Origin: Geosiphon pyriformis uo1
Lineage: Eukaryota > Fungi > Glomeromycota
DNA: 64,000 nucleotides
NCBI GenBank assembly: GCA_016748015.1
Contig: JAAOMT010000134.1
Coordinates: 1,729,057-1,793,056, forward strand
Direction: 5' to 3'
The position numbers were made by a program, and so were the translations under genes. Below, piece after piece: positions 39,170-52,929 of the stretch (positions are counted from its first letter, which is position 1; every line of letters begins with the position of its first letter). The notes under the pieces are model-generated. The model was not told the DNA's origin. It did no database searches and saw only the letters and a program-made list of their open reading frames with translations.

Positions 39170-41128
39170 TATCTAATCAAGAATTTCTCTTAAGACCATC
39201 ATAATCCGCCTTATCTGGTAAATATTCTTCCATGCATCACCTTAAATATGCCGCTTCCAAAAACTCTGAAATTTTCTGGCATAAGCTGGATTCAAAACCT
39301 CATTTGGTAGCAGTTTGGAAAATAATTTAGTTGAAAATTCATGATATATATAGTACGAATTTTGCCATATAATAAAATGGTTGGGACCCATCCCCTGTGC
39401 ACAAATATTCAAGAACAGAATCTGCAGAACAAGCCACCCCCAGCAAATCCACACTTTTGGAATTGTAGATTACACACCCCAATCTGATATGATGATTTCA
39501 CCAGTTTCTTTCCAGAGGATATTTTCCTGTCTTAAATCTCTGTGCCTTATTCCCAGATTATGTACGTTCTGGATAGCTTCCAATATCTTTCTTTTCAAAA
39601 TCAATTATTGGCTAACATACGGGAGACATAATAAATCTATCATTATATAGAAGCAGGCGAGGAACATGGTCAATGTTGTTTTGGTTAAAGCTTTGGAGAA
39701 TTTCTGTTCCCACCGACAGATAATCTTGATATTTCTCTCTGTCTTTCAACAGTTTCACTGCAATACTTTGATCATCGTAGTTTCCTTCATACATGATAGA
39801 AGTTCTCCCGACTCGGATGCAGGTTATCAGAATGACTTTCTCATTATTATAGATCATTTCCAGGTCACGCCACCTAGTTCTTCGGGCGTTGCGGCGAGGA
39901 AGTCAACAAGCCAAATCCAGCCTACTGGAGGATCTTTTTTAAACGAGTAGCTAAGATGCTCTTGGGAAGAAAGTTGATGTTCGAATTTATTTGGTGTTTG
40001 GATACCCCTAGCAACTCTTAGCAACTTAATGTTATGACAATCAATGATAGTACCAATGACTTCGAGCCTTCGTGCAATGTGTCCAATATCCTCATTTGTA
40101 AACCTCTAAGAGGTTTAATTTCCACAACAGTTACCACATTTACAGCGTCCAATGCGCAATCCTCTCTTATCAAAACTACGTCTGATTTCCGATTGTACAA
40201 GATCGGAACACGACTGGTGTCACATAAATCAGACTTATTGCTGGTTAGTGGTGTGGCTTGTTCCATAAAATATTTTTGATGATCCTCTTCCTCATGAGAT
40301 GTTGGTGGATTGTTGACCTGCCAAGTTGGACCTTTTTTCCATGCTTCGTTTGCTTCAGCGGAAAATTAATACTCAGCTGACTAGCAACCTGTTGAATAAG
40401 ACAACCTTTTTCTCCCTCCGTATCTGTCCCTTCAGAAATATAATTGAATATAAAGAAAATAAAGGAAACAATTGATAAACATACCACAAAGAGTCAAGTG
40501 TAACTTAGGCCACATTCTTTTCTGACTGGTTTGCCATTCATCCTCTATTTGGCGTTTAAGGTCTTCAAAGCCTACATGAAGATACGTAAAAAGAATAGCA
40601 ACCAGCAGAAGTTAGTCAATGTCGCAAACACTATATACAAAAAATTCTCTCAAATATGGATATTTCTTCCATAAAACGCCTAATATTACAAGATGAACAA
40701 ATAGTAACATGGATAGAAAAGCAAATAACAAAGTTGTTAAGCTCTACTCTATGCCCCAAGTCATGAAATTGCCACCTTTATTGGTTATTTCTTGTAATTC
40801 TTCCACCCGGTGTACGTTTAAATCCTTTTGTGTTTCTGGTAGCCAAGTGACAAAAAACGAGAAACAGAAATGTTAGCTAAGATAATAATTTTCACACTCT
40901 ACTGTCCTTTAAAGAATCTTGTAGTTTTCGCACCTGCATCTTCCAATTGTTCTTGTCTACTTTTAAATCCTCTACCTCTTGTTTTATCCACTTCTTCATT
41001 TGCCTCATGTCCACATTTTCTTCTCCTATTCAACTCTTCTAATCTACCTCTTCCAGCTCCTCCACGTATCTGTCATGCTCGCTTTCAGCTTTCTTCAATA
41101 CTTGTTTAATACCTTCAACACTCGTCAT
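39170..41128 (-). pseudogene. Coiled-coil + PD-(D/E)XK-like nuclease + protein kinase pseudogene (FunK1/Crinkler-type REase-kinase)
   Basis: ATG at 41128 gives MTSVEGIKQVLKKAESEH...WKMQVRKLQDSL. RKSDVVLI...VVTVVEIK in 40018-40266. Kinase GRTSIMY, IAVKLL, VPRLL in 39612-39857 and VHNLGIRHRDLRQENIL...IISDWG at ~39570-39475. Broken by frameshifts and stops. Confidence 0.8.
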
Positions 41129-41257
41129 AGTATTTTACGTGTTTATTAGGTTTGGTCCGTTGAAGATATTTTATCTATCAGCAGTTTTTTAAACCAATAA
41201 ACTATCGTGAAATACTGCGGACGTACCGGAAATCATTAATCATTGGTAGTCGACAAC

Positions 41258-44023
41258 ATGATAAAGTTGCCAAAATTGGATCACCTTGACAACATGGAAA
41301 AAATCGATATTAAGTCGTCCAAGTATTTCCATAGTAACGAAGATTGGAGCTTGTTAGCTTACTTAAAGCATCGCCAGACTCAAGAAGACTTTCAGCTGAA
41401 TAAATCTGACGAACATTTCTATTATGTTAAGAATCTGATGTATATTGCTGAAAACTGTCATGAAGAAGATCGTAACAAAGCAAAAAAATACCTTGGCGAT
41501 TTTATGGTAAGAACACTTCATAAAGGCTAATTTGCTGATGCGAGTGGGTTTGAGTACTAGAACACTCGACCTGTGCAAACTCGATGTGTCGACAAATTCC
41601 AGAATACCAATAACTGCGGTGACTTGGGATTAGCTACGGCGTTTCTGGTAGTACTTAAACAGGGTGCGCCTATTGACATGGCGCGACAAACGATTGCGGT
41701 TGTTTGTCGTCAAGCTGCGGCAGACCATGTTCCGCTTGCACCAGGATGCCTTACGCAAAATAGGCGGACATTTGACACCTGTTTACTTGATTTAACGCAT
41801 ATTTGCTTGATTTAACGTATGTTTGCTTGATTTATATTAATGCTTCTGTGAGAATAAACCAAAGCCCGAACCAGTAAAGGCATTCTGGAGATCACTTTAT
41901 AGTGATAATCATAAAAATTTATTGGAACTTGAAAAGGTTAGTGATTTATTTTCCTCAATGCTAGTTGCCCAAAAAACTTCGTTTACACCGCATTATCCAT
42001 AGTTAAGATATGCAGAAAATGCATTACGCGCCACAAATAATGAAACCGAAGTGGTTCGCTCTATCTCGGCCGTTGAAACAGAGTTATTACTAAAACGAAA
42101 GAGTGATGATGATGGTAATAAAGCGGACAACAAAAGAAACAGTGTGAGTATACCAAAATTTGCATTATTATCAACAATAATCATAGAACGGTGTTTTGAC
42201 TATGCATCGGATCATTTGATTTTACTGCATCCTATCTTTTTATTTCTTATGCATTGTAATAATTAGCCTAAAATTCGGAATATAGCGCAAAGTGCCATAG
42301 TTACATCTGCAGAAAACTCTACTCCCAAATGGTCTCGGAGAGAAACATATGAAGATATTTATGATAATATGGGATCTGATGATGAATCAAATCTTGATAT
42401 CAGAAAGTATAATAGCAATGCAGAAATCGATGAATTTTTCTCTTCGGGCAGAAGTTGTGATATCAATGAAAAATCACTTAATGAGGAAATGGAAAGTGAG
42501 GTCAACATAAAGCCTTATATCAAAGAAGCTGTTGAATCATATTATGACGCAAAACGAAGAAATGCTTTTAATGAGTAAGTTTTACATACTGACTGATAAT
42601 AGAATATGCCACTTAGATAAACCTTTTCTTTACATAAAAAGGGCCATCTTTTGGAGAATTATCGATATTACCAGTGACACAAAATTAAAGATATCAAATA
42701 CATCAAGAGTCCAGTTGCAAACAGACTTGAATCATAATGTTCTTACTGTACTTTCACAATCAACAAAAGCATTATTAGACACTTTACATCAAGTAAGTTT
42801 TATTAATGATTGATATCATTTTTTTAATAAGTAAATTCATTTCTATCCATTTTGTAGCTTTCAAAAAAAGAACTTCAGAAAGTTGCACATGACTTCAAGG
42901 TTATAGGTTCTAAAGGTGTTCTTCAACAATTGGCAAGGGAAACACCTTCCCGGAAATTATCAGCAAAACAACGCTTAAAAGCAAAGCTTGAAGGTCAAAC
43001 TGTAGACTCGGAGACAATTATTAATGATGATGAACCACAATTAGCATCTGTTGATCCTACCAATTCAGAAATAATATGGATATTTGATGTATTGTATGAA
43101 GTTTGTACAAATATTGAACAAGGAATTCCAACACGAACAAACACAGAAAGAGATGTTGACATATTTTATAATAGAATTTTATTTCGGATTTTAACTGATG
43201 TTGTGGATCTTCATTTGTAAATATACTTATTACATATGCAAAATTAGAAAATATCAACACTTCACTAACTGTCAAAGATAATAAATTCGTAGTGGGGAGT
43301 TATGTAGCAGAGCATCACGACAACGAAGACAGAATGCATTAGATGGAACAAATAATGCTGAAGGTAGCCGACTTGACTGGCTTTTCTCGGCATGTGTTGC
43401 ATTTTTGTTTACATTGCTTATTTTTATTTATTGTTACAAACAGTTTTATGTATTAATAAATTTTATCACATTAGAAGCATAACTTGGGAAAAGATGCCTA
43501 TTGGGGCCGTGAATTTGGCTTAGCAGAGAACACGGGATCGAATGTTGGAAATAAATATATCAAATCGAAGAAAAACCTTCGTGATATGATGTGCTTGATT
43601 GATGGGACTCTTCCTTCCAGAGGACGTTCACCTATCATAGACAAGGCAAGATCGCGAATGATTTTACCAGCATTGATCTTCTTGCCATGGAGATTTCATG
43701 TGATTACACTATCAGCACTTAATCAAACCTGGTGTGGTGTTTCAGATTTAGGCTGTGTTGATATTCCAACAACTTTTGATGAGATTCATGAGGTGCTCAA
43801 GTGCTGTACCATCATGCTACATGTCCGCGCAAGTATAATTTTTATTAATGCTTGTTTATTTATCCACAAGATCGAAAATAACTTATTTCATCGTAAATAG
43901 AACATTCTTCAAGAAACTGTTGAAATCTATAAATGTTGCATTGACGTTGGTGAAGAAGATAATCTGCTTAATTCTCCTAAAACAGTATTGATAAGTGAAA
44001 AGAGAACACCCAATGGCAGATAG
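41258..44023 (+). CDS. ~621-aa protein with C-terminal PD-(D/E)XK REase-like domain; exons 41258-41506, 41853-41936, 42003-42143, 42267-42574, 42642-42792, 42858-43216, 43293-43389, 43475-43828, 43901-44023
   Basis: The hand-spliced model stays in frame for 622 codons. Motifs TERDVD, FGELCSRASRQRR, GSRLDWLF, EFGLAENTG and KKNLRDMM match the REase-like families expanded in Glomeromycotina/Mucoromycota. The model needs two GC donors and one GAG acceptor; alternative start at 41294. Confidence 0.75.
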
Positions 44024-44099
44024 TTTAAGTAATAGATTCAGCAATCAACATTAGCATGACAATATCAAATAAACGAGGGAATCAATGGACTTCAAATAA

Positions 44100-45083
44100 A
44101 ATAATAAAACGTACAATTTCGTGGATAAATTCAATGAGCCATCAACACTCTCGGCTGTTAAACTTAGCAAAGCTTCTAATTTAACTGCTGGAGCCAGTCA
44201 TCAGGCCTGCAAACAAGTCACTACTGATAAGTGTAACCATGTGAAACTACCTTGTCCACTGAATAATCCAGACAGGACTTTTTCGAAATGTAATGTTATC
44301 AAGCAACTTTCTCTGTGTAATAAAAAACCAGAAACTCCTGAATACTTTAAAGAGGTACTCAAAACTTTATTATGCAGGAACAAATCTTTGTACTGAGCAA
44401 TTCGCTATCACCAGTTTCAAGAAGGTTGCGACAGATTGTGCCAAGAAATCGAATGATCCGAAAACCAAATAGCCTTTCTAGCTCAAAATTTTTATCTTAC
44501 TTTCTATGATTCCAATACTAATTACAAAAGCTTGTGTTCCCAGAGTGGGAGCAATGGTAAGTTAATCAAAGGCATCACTATCTTTCATAATTTTAATAAT
44601 TTCATGCACTTGATGAAAGAGATTTTACTGATTTTCTTTTTACTTTATATAACACTACTGCCTTCGACAACTATCACAAGATGTATATTACTGGGCAAAA
44701 AACTCGACTCAACAACCTGATCCACCAGTTATCATTTCATTAAACCTGCAAATGTTAATTTACATCAACGACACCATCTTAGAATCCGCTCTTTTACCCA
44801 AAGCCATTAGCTTAAGCGATTGTTATGTCAAAGCTTCAAATCTTTACTTGGATTGGTTGTTTACATACCCATTGAATTTCGATTATGGTAAAAATTAGCT
44901 TTTTGAGAGAGTTTGGAAAGGGAGCTTTGCATAAAACTTTATTATTTCTGGCGATGGATGACCAAAAAACTTAAGAACCTCGCGATACCATCGACGATTT
45001 ATGAATAGGCATGAAAATAATGTGGGAACGTCAATCAATTTAAAAAATTTTGATGGAATATACTTGGAAGATTCGCCTTTCAT
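44100..45083 (-). pseudogene. F-box(-LRR?) gene relic
   Basis: PTLFSCLFINRRWYRE in 44895-45083 resembles the F-box signature LFSCLLVNRxWC. Downstream frames are fragmented, so the left boundary is uncertain. Confidence 0.5.
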
Positions 45084-46201
45084 TTTATCAGGTTGTCGCT
45101 CATCAATTATTGAGATTCCCTTATTTTCACAGTTGTTGGAAATGTACTGGCCATTAAATACTCAAATTATTACGCCATCTTTAGTTAGCTGAGCAACGGT
45201 TGCATCGATTTTTCCCAAAATGATGAATGATTGCCATTAAAGCGCATAAAGGGATTATTGGAATTCGTAAATACTATACTTTTGCTGACTACTTCCCCTT
45301 GGAAGGGACAATGATTTTCAATTAAGCTTTTTGGCCGCAACTAGACCCTTTTTTTCGAAGGATTGCATTATGGTGGCATCTCTTTTTATGGCATATAAAT
45401 TCATCAATTTGTTACATTGCAAAATCCGAAAGATATTATCACCCTTATATATATATTTATAATTCAGGAATGAATTCAAGGCAACTTAAAACAAAAGAGT
45501 TTCATTTTGAAGGTGCTAAATTCTTGACGTCTTATTAAGAAAGAAGGTAGCTATCTGTAAGTTCTAAGAAAAGCATTCAATATCGTCTTGGTAAGTGTAA
45601 TCTCCTTTATAAAAAATATTTCATGACATTGAACAGCAGAATGCTGATGGCTTTGTTTTATTGATCCAGCTGAAAGACATCTAGTTATTAAACAGAGTAT
45701 TTAGGAGTATCTTGGCATTACTTCTTTAGTTTACCAAAATTATATTCATAAAACAAGCTTTTCTTGGATATATTTTTGTCGATCGCCCAACAAATTATAC
45801 CAATTCTTGTTACATGGATTTTAAATATTTTTTCAAAAATATGCCAAGAAAATTTGGCAAGTTGTCTTATTTAATATTGGAATTATATTTGTAAAATATA
45901 GAAAATTATAACATATTAAAATTAAGAAAAAAATAATTGATTTTATATTTTGTAATAAGAATTTATTTTATTTAAATTAAAATATTGATTTTTTTAATAA
46001 ACATATAGAATTTTAGTAAAAACAGTATCAAAAAAAAGTAATAACCAAAGATAATTAAATAATAATAATATAATTAAAAAAACAATTAATTAAAAGATAA
46101 TAATAAAACTTTTTATATAAAACAAAATTTTTAAAAACTATTTCATGTTTTTATTAAGCAAAATCTGAATAATATTATTATAAAATATTATTAAAAATAT
46201 T

Positions 46202-49200
46202 AAAAAACTTCTTTCTCTCCTTTGTTTCTAATCTCGAAAAAGAGGTAAAAAGTTTTTTGAAAGAAGTTTTTTACCATTCAGTATAATAAATCAAAACCAT
46301 TTTTACTAAATTATAAGACTATTATTGATCCTAGTATTACTGTTATAAAGAAAGCTATTAAAAATTCTAGTTGGCTAATGATTTCAGATCTGTGCTGTCA
46401 AGGAAAAAAAGAAGAAATGATATTTTGAAAGATAATGTCAAGACTAAAAGAGTTTTTACTAAAGTGTTAAGTAATCATTTTTGGAGTTCAAAAGCTAATA
46501 ATATTATTGAATCTAATAGTGTTAACATAAAAGAGAAGTGTCTGATTGAGAAAACCAGTTTTAATTATGATAGTAAGACCACTATTAATGACAAAAATGC
46601 TGACCAAACTCCAAAAAACTTTCATATTAAAACCAAAAAAGCATTGGAAACATCACTAAGCAAAATAATTTTTTTAAGTAATAGTGATAATAATAATATT
46701 CTATTGGATTTTCTGCTTATCTTTCTTTTTCTCTTGAAGAATTTGGTTGAAATTCTCATTAGGAAGTCTTTTGCTTTAGATATTGAGTTGAATAGAATAT
46801 CTGAGAAGTCTTTTTAGAAGAAGCATACAGTAGTTAGGAAATTATTTTCAAAAGTCAATGGTTTTGGGAGGGCCTCTACTTTCTCAAAATTTGCTGAGAT
46901 CATTAAAGTAATGTTCACTTCCAATTCAAGCTTGGCTTAAGCTTTTGATATTGCAAAAATGGCAAAGATCTTAATAAATATTAATCTCAAAAAATCTGCT
47001 AAATATTTATATTAGTTATAAGAGAAATTCCAATTGAAATGTTAGTCGAAACTGTACATATTGTACTGTCTAAGTTTGGTCTAATTAAGTCGATCAAGAT
47101 ACAATTAGTAAGACTGTAGTAGAAAGCTGTAGTTGAATTTAATAAAGTAGATTATACTGATTTGGTTACAGCAAAATAGTCTATTTTAATTAAAAAAGAT
47201 ACAGTTCATGTAATTAAGGCTGACAAAGACAAGAAATTTTGGGATTTTAAAGATAATTATAAGGCACTATTTTACACATTGCCAATGAAAATTAATGCTC
47301 ATGACATCTGGAATTTTATTGAGTTTGTGAGTAAAAGAACATGTATTATTAATAAATATCTAGTTACATATGCTTGAATAAGATATACAATTATTTGTTT
47401 TGATTTAGCTAATTTTTTAGATGCTGTTATAAAGACTACACTAGTTTTGAGAAATTTTAATCTGTACTGGTCTTATCTAGATTTGGTAAAATGTGCTAAA
47501 TATAGAAAATTGGGTCATACTTTATTGAATTGCTCTGTGTGTAAGAAAATTCCTCCTGGTGGGTCATTTTGTAGAGTGTTGTTAAAGAAAAATAAAAACA
47601 GGCTGGCTTTTATCTATACTAAGCAATCAGCACTAATTACCCATCCTGTTTTTTTTGGTGGTACATTTTGGGCCAAGATTGTTAATAGGTCTTTTTTCTC
47701 TTTTATTTTTGCATAGAATGTTTTGACTGATTTTGGTTCTTTTTCAGAGATAAAACCTACTTTGCTGACATCTATAGAATTGAATAATAAGTTTGTTACT
47801 TTTGAGCATAGTCTTGCCAGCCTTGTAAAACATATTAATAAGTTGGCTAAGAGGTTGAACACACTTGGGCCAATGGTTTTTCAGTCTAGTTTTGGATATT
47901 AGCTATTGGTGACTCTTTTATTACAGAATTAAAGAGTAAATATAGTAATAAGTAAGAGTTCAAATGTGGCCACTAGTGGTGAGACTATTGTAGAAGTGAC
48001 AGTTTTTAATCTTTCTGTTATTTCAAAATTAAAAGACACATTGAACAATTTGTTAGTCATTATTATGGATTTGTTGGTCAAAATAAACAATACTGGTCTG
48101 GCTTTTTTTACTTGTTCTTCTCAATAATAAATTTGGTATGGAGATTTGCTAAATGCAATATTTGAGGTATCAATATCTCTGTAAAACAGAAAGACATTAT
48201 TTGTTGACACAAAAAATCTGGTAATTTGGTATCAATCATTATAAAGACAAAATTGAGATCTAACATTAAGCCATAGATCATAAATAAGTTTAATGGTGTT
48301 TAAATTTTCACATTTGGCTTGGATGTGAGTTTTCTTGGTGCTAAAATTGCCATAATTATGTACAATTTTTTGGCTTAACATGTTTCAAAGATGGATGAAA
48401 TTTCTGGTAGAATTATCTCAATCAGGCTTTTATTTAAAAAAAAGTTGTTAGTTATGGTTTTAGATTTATATGCTGTTGCTTTTGCTGAAGCAAAATTTAG
48501 TCAGGTGTTGGTTATTAATTTGTTTATTACTAAAACAGTCAATTCCAGCACTTTTGTGATATTAGATTGAGATTTCAATAAAAATAGTATAAAGAAGAGT
48601 ACAAATTTCAAGTTTTGTGTAGATTTGGGGTTGGTTAACTTATTTTATAGACATTTTTTGGTCAAGACTTTTACTTGGGACAATTTCAGAGGTGTTAAAA
48701 AAGTTATTAATTTTATTTTTGTGAACCAAAATCTGGCATTTGCTGTTGCTAGTCACAAAATTTATTCTGCATCTGAGTTTTTTGACACTAATTACAAAAT
48801 GGTTTCAATTGTGACTGGTCTGGATGGTCTTTTGAATGTTTATTTTTAATAGTGTACACAAATAGGTTAATAATAATAGGTGGAAATTCATAATTAAGAG
48901 TGCCAATATCAATAAATGGTTGTATTTTAAAGAGTGTTTTTTGGGATTATTCTTGGAAAAGAGAGTAAATTTTAATAGTGCCAAGAATAGTAGTAACTTG
49001 GATTTAATGTGAAAAATTCTTAGAGAAATGGTGATTGGTTTTGCTAATAAGGTGTTTTCTAGACTGTGGTTTTCTGAATTTAACAATTCAAGGAATATGC
49101 AATTTTCAAAGTTTTTTAAACTGGAATTGTTAATGGCCAAACTTGTAAGAAGCATTAATTTGAATTAAATTTTGGGAACTAGTTGCTTAATCAATGTTTG

Positions 49201-52200
49201 GGTTGTCATTAATAAGAAAGAAGCTGTTAAAGTTCATGTTATAATCAGTGCTGATGTTAGTTCTAAGAAGATCTTATGTAATTTGTCAAGTGTCAAGAAA
49301 AAATATTGCAAATTCAAGTATTATGAATTCAAGTCTGCCAGGAATAATTTTATTTGAAAATCTATAGAAAACACATAGAGAATTTTTGTTTTAATAAGAA
49401 AAAAATGATTAAAAGTGTCTTAGACTAGCCATTTCGAAAGATAGTTTTTGATTACTTAATGGTTAATAATAAGTTAATTCTGAAATCACAGATAGTCAAA
49501 TCCTTAATTAATACTATTATAGAAAAATAGACAAAGAAACATACAGTGCCAGATATTTTGTTTGATTATTGGCTTGATCAATATGCTCCTTTAAACTACA
49601 TTAATGTTAAGACTTTTTCAAATATTATATGTAAAATTAAGTTTGATAAGTTTTGGTAGGTTGTTAAAAACTTGTCTGATAAGAAAATTACTGGTCTGTC
49701 TAGTATTCTGAATAAGCTTTGGAAGAATAAAGATGAGCAGATTTTAGGTAGTTTGTTAGACATTCTAAATGGGTGTTTGTTGTTGAATGCTGTTCTTAAA
49801 CAATAGAAAAGAGTTTGAATTTCTATGATACTAAAGCTGTATAATTGAGAAAGGATTCTAATAAACACTAGATTAATAGCTCTAATTGAAATAATTCATA
49901 AGATTCTATCCAAAATTTTTTTAAACAGAATTTTCTTGGCTTGTAATAGGTTTGATGTTTTGTGTAATGATAACTTTTTAGTATTGAAAAGCACATTTAC
50001 TTAATTTTCTATTTTTGCTGTTGGCTCTGTTATTAAAAATGCATTGAAAAAAAGCTGTAAACTGTGGCTGGTTTTGCAAAATATGCACAAGACATATGAT
50101 TTTGTTGGTTGGCTTTATTTAAAAAACAGTCTGATTAAAATCAAAATGTGTTTCTGCTTTATTAAGTTTTTCAAGACTATATACAATAAACAATTCAATC
50201 ATGTAATAACAAATTTTGGGTTTACTGATAAATATATTATTCATAATAGTCTGAATCAGAATGAAGTTTTTTTATCTTTATTGTAGAAGATTTTTTATAA
50301 TTCACTGCTTTATAAAGTTAAAAGATATAAAAGTTTGTATGGATATAAATTAGATTCAAAGTTTTTTATACAAATTGGTAAACAAGATCAAAGAAGTGGT
50401 TTGACTTTTTTTCTTGCAACAAGGGCTTTCGTGAATGACACTATTTGGGTTGGAAATAGTATGTTTATTATTCAGTGTATTTTTGACTTAACTAGTGAGT
50501 TTTTTTATATTAATAATATTTCAATTAATATAGATAAGACAATAGCCATATCTATCAACCAAAAAATAAGAATTTCTTAGTTACTAATAAATAGGTTCCA
50601 CATTTTAATTGCCAAAAAGAGCAAATTTCACAAATACTTAGGCATTTTTTGTCTATTGATGGTTTTTTGAGGCCTAGTCTTGCTAAAGCTTAGTCTAATA
50701 TTAAGTTTTTTGTAAATTTGGTTTTAAAAAAAACAGTGTCTAACAAACAATTTTTGTATTTGATGTCTGCTGTTTTGCAGTTGATAATTAGTTACAGATT
50801 ACAATTTAGTCATGTCTTTATAAATATGTATAAAAAATGAGACAGATTGCTGAGAAAAGAGCTAAAGCTAAAAGCCAATTTGCCTAAAAATTTTCTCACT
50901 GAAGCCATCTTTCATCCTAAATTGTATGGTCTTAAAACTTTTAGACAAGTGCTGACTGAAAACTCTTTAGCAAATTTGGTGAATTTTGCCAATTCAAAAG
51001 GCATTCTTGGTAGATTGTTTGAACATAAAACCATAAATCTATAGGCTGCCAATTAGATACTCTGGCAATCTCTTAATTTTCTGACCATGTTATTAGTCAA
51101 TTTTGTAAACTGTTTTCTAACTGGTATAACCAACACTCTGATGTCATGTAAGTTTTCTTTGGGCATTAATTTGCCAAATGTTTTTTGAGTTGATAATAGC
51201 ATTGCTGTTGTTAAAATATTGGGCTTGAAGCATTATTTGGGCATTGTGGGTGTTTTGAGAAAGTTTGGTATTATCTTCATAAACCAGCTTCTGAATTATC
51301 AAAATGTGTGTTTTATGTAGAGTAATTTCTGCAAATAGAAAAAATTGGATCTTAGGGGACCAGTTTCCAATTAATTCAGTCTATTAGTCAAATTTATTAA
51401 GAATGATAGTTTGATTGACAACTATCTTATTGCTCTTAGTCTTACTTTTGGTTATTGTGTGAGCAATTTTGAATCTGTTAGTAACCATCTTTTGAAGTAT
51501 AATTTTAATAGTATGATTGCTTATACAGATGGTTTAATTAAGAGTTTGGGTATTATAGGTGCTTGTAATAACACTGCTACTTATTTTTCAGACATCAATA
51601 CTGGTGTTGGTATTAAAGTATGTGGTCTGCTTTTCTCAACTATAGTGCAAATACATGTCATTATTTTTGCATTAGAATGCATTCCAGCTTTTAGCTTTGT
51701 TGATTTGTTCACAGATAGTCAGACATCATTAAACATGTGCTCATTGTTCAAATATAAGGCAAATTTGGATTTTTGTGATAAATATTGAATAGAAAAAGAG
51801 TATATTTATAAAATTATTAAGTTTAAGAAATTGTTGGTCTATTAGAACAAGATAAAAGACCACTTTGAAATAGTGGACAATGAGCATGCTAATTCTTTGG
51901 CTAATGTCACCACAGATTCTAACTTCATATTGCTGATTGGTATGTCTTGCCACTTTTTTTCTGTTAAAAGCAGACCTGTATCTAAGAACATTTGTCATTT
52001 TACTAAGCATTTTTTTGATGCTATTAATTTTGTTAGTTGAGATTCCAAGTATGTATTTGGTGCTGTAAATAATACACTGTGTGACTTGTTTAATATAAGT
52101 AAAACATTTTGATAGTTAGATTTGTGCTGGTTTCACCAGTTTTGTTTTTACATTACTTTATTTTTACTTTATAAAAACTCACTATTATTGTTTGCCTATG

Positions 52201-52929
52201 GTCAAAAAGAAGCATCAGTATAATTCAAGTTATTTTAGTGTGTTGTGTATTTAATATAGACTGGTTGAGAACTTTGACCACATTCTCTTGTGCTTACAAT
52301 GTTGGCACTAGAAAAAATTTGATTTTGATAACTATTAAAACATAGATTGATTTGCTGGGTATTAAAACTACTGACAATATAGTAGTCTAATCTTTGCATA
52401 AGACTGGATCTTTAAATCAATTGTATATGACACTTGCCAAAAGCTTTGTAATAAAAATATAGATGACTAATATAATGCAATTTATGAGTGGTGGTTTTAA
52501 TGGCGCTGATTATATCATTAAACTAGTTCAGAGTTTCACTAAAAGTCACAAATCTGTTATATAGTTGTCAACTGTTAAGTTGAAATTACACTACAAGAAA
52601 CATGGTTTTTTGCTACATAATAGATCTGAAATACTGGCTGTATCTGGCTTGACTTTTGTCTGATCTCATGATGCAATTTTTGATTTTAACATTAAATTAG
52701 GTATTTATGTTTGTTTTAGTTTACATCTTTACTTATTTAGTATTAGATTTGGCTTTTTACATAATGTTTTTGTTATTAATAGTTTTAGTGCTTAATGTTG
52801 TCTTGATTAACCCAAGTGGCTGGTTATGTATAGAAAATACATAAGTCATACTTAATATAGAAGTTTTTCTGTTCCATAGTTTTAAGTAATAGTTGGGTTT
52901 CACTTATTAATTATTTAATAATAAAAAAA
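46202..52929 (+). mobile_element. Full-length eroded LINE (ORF1 to ~48128; ORF2 APE-RT-RNase H), subfamily with a different ORF1 N-terminus
   Basis: ORF1 pieces 46371-46817 and 47447-47716. RT pieces 50044-50580 (AFVNDTIW). RNase H AYTDGLI in 51411-51788. Shared 3' tail at 52790-52920 followed by an A-run. No clear TSD. Confidence 0.92.

Noticed and set aside
41534-41572. CTGATG-stem-GAC resembling a hammerhead ribozyme core
   Set aside because: Core reads CUGAUGC...GACC instead of CUGANGA...GAAA, and I could not find stems I and III.
41573-41815. 80-aa ORF with higher GC
   Set aside because: Lies within the predicted intron 1, has a non-ATG start and no recognisable motif; better explained by the structured sequence.
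45200-45850. Possible additional exons in CpG-containing DNA
   Set aside because: Splice-like signals are present, but there is no coherent frame or recognisable product.
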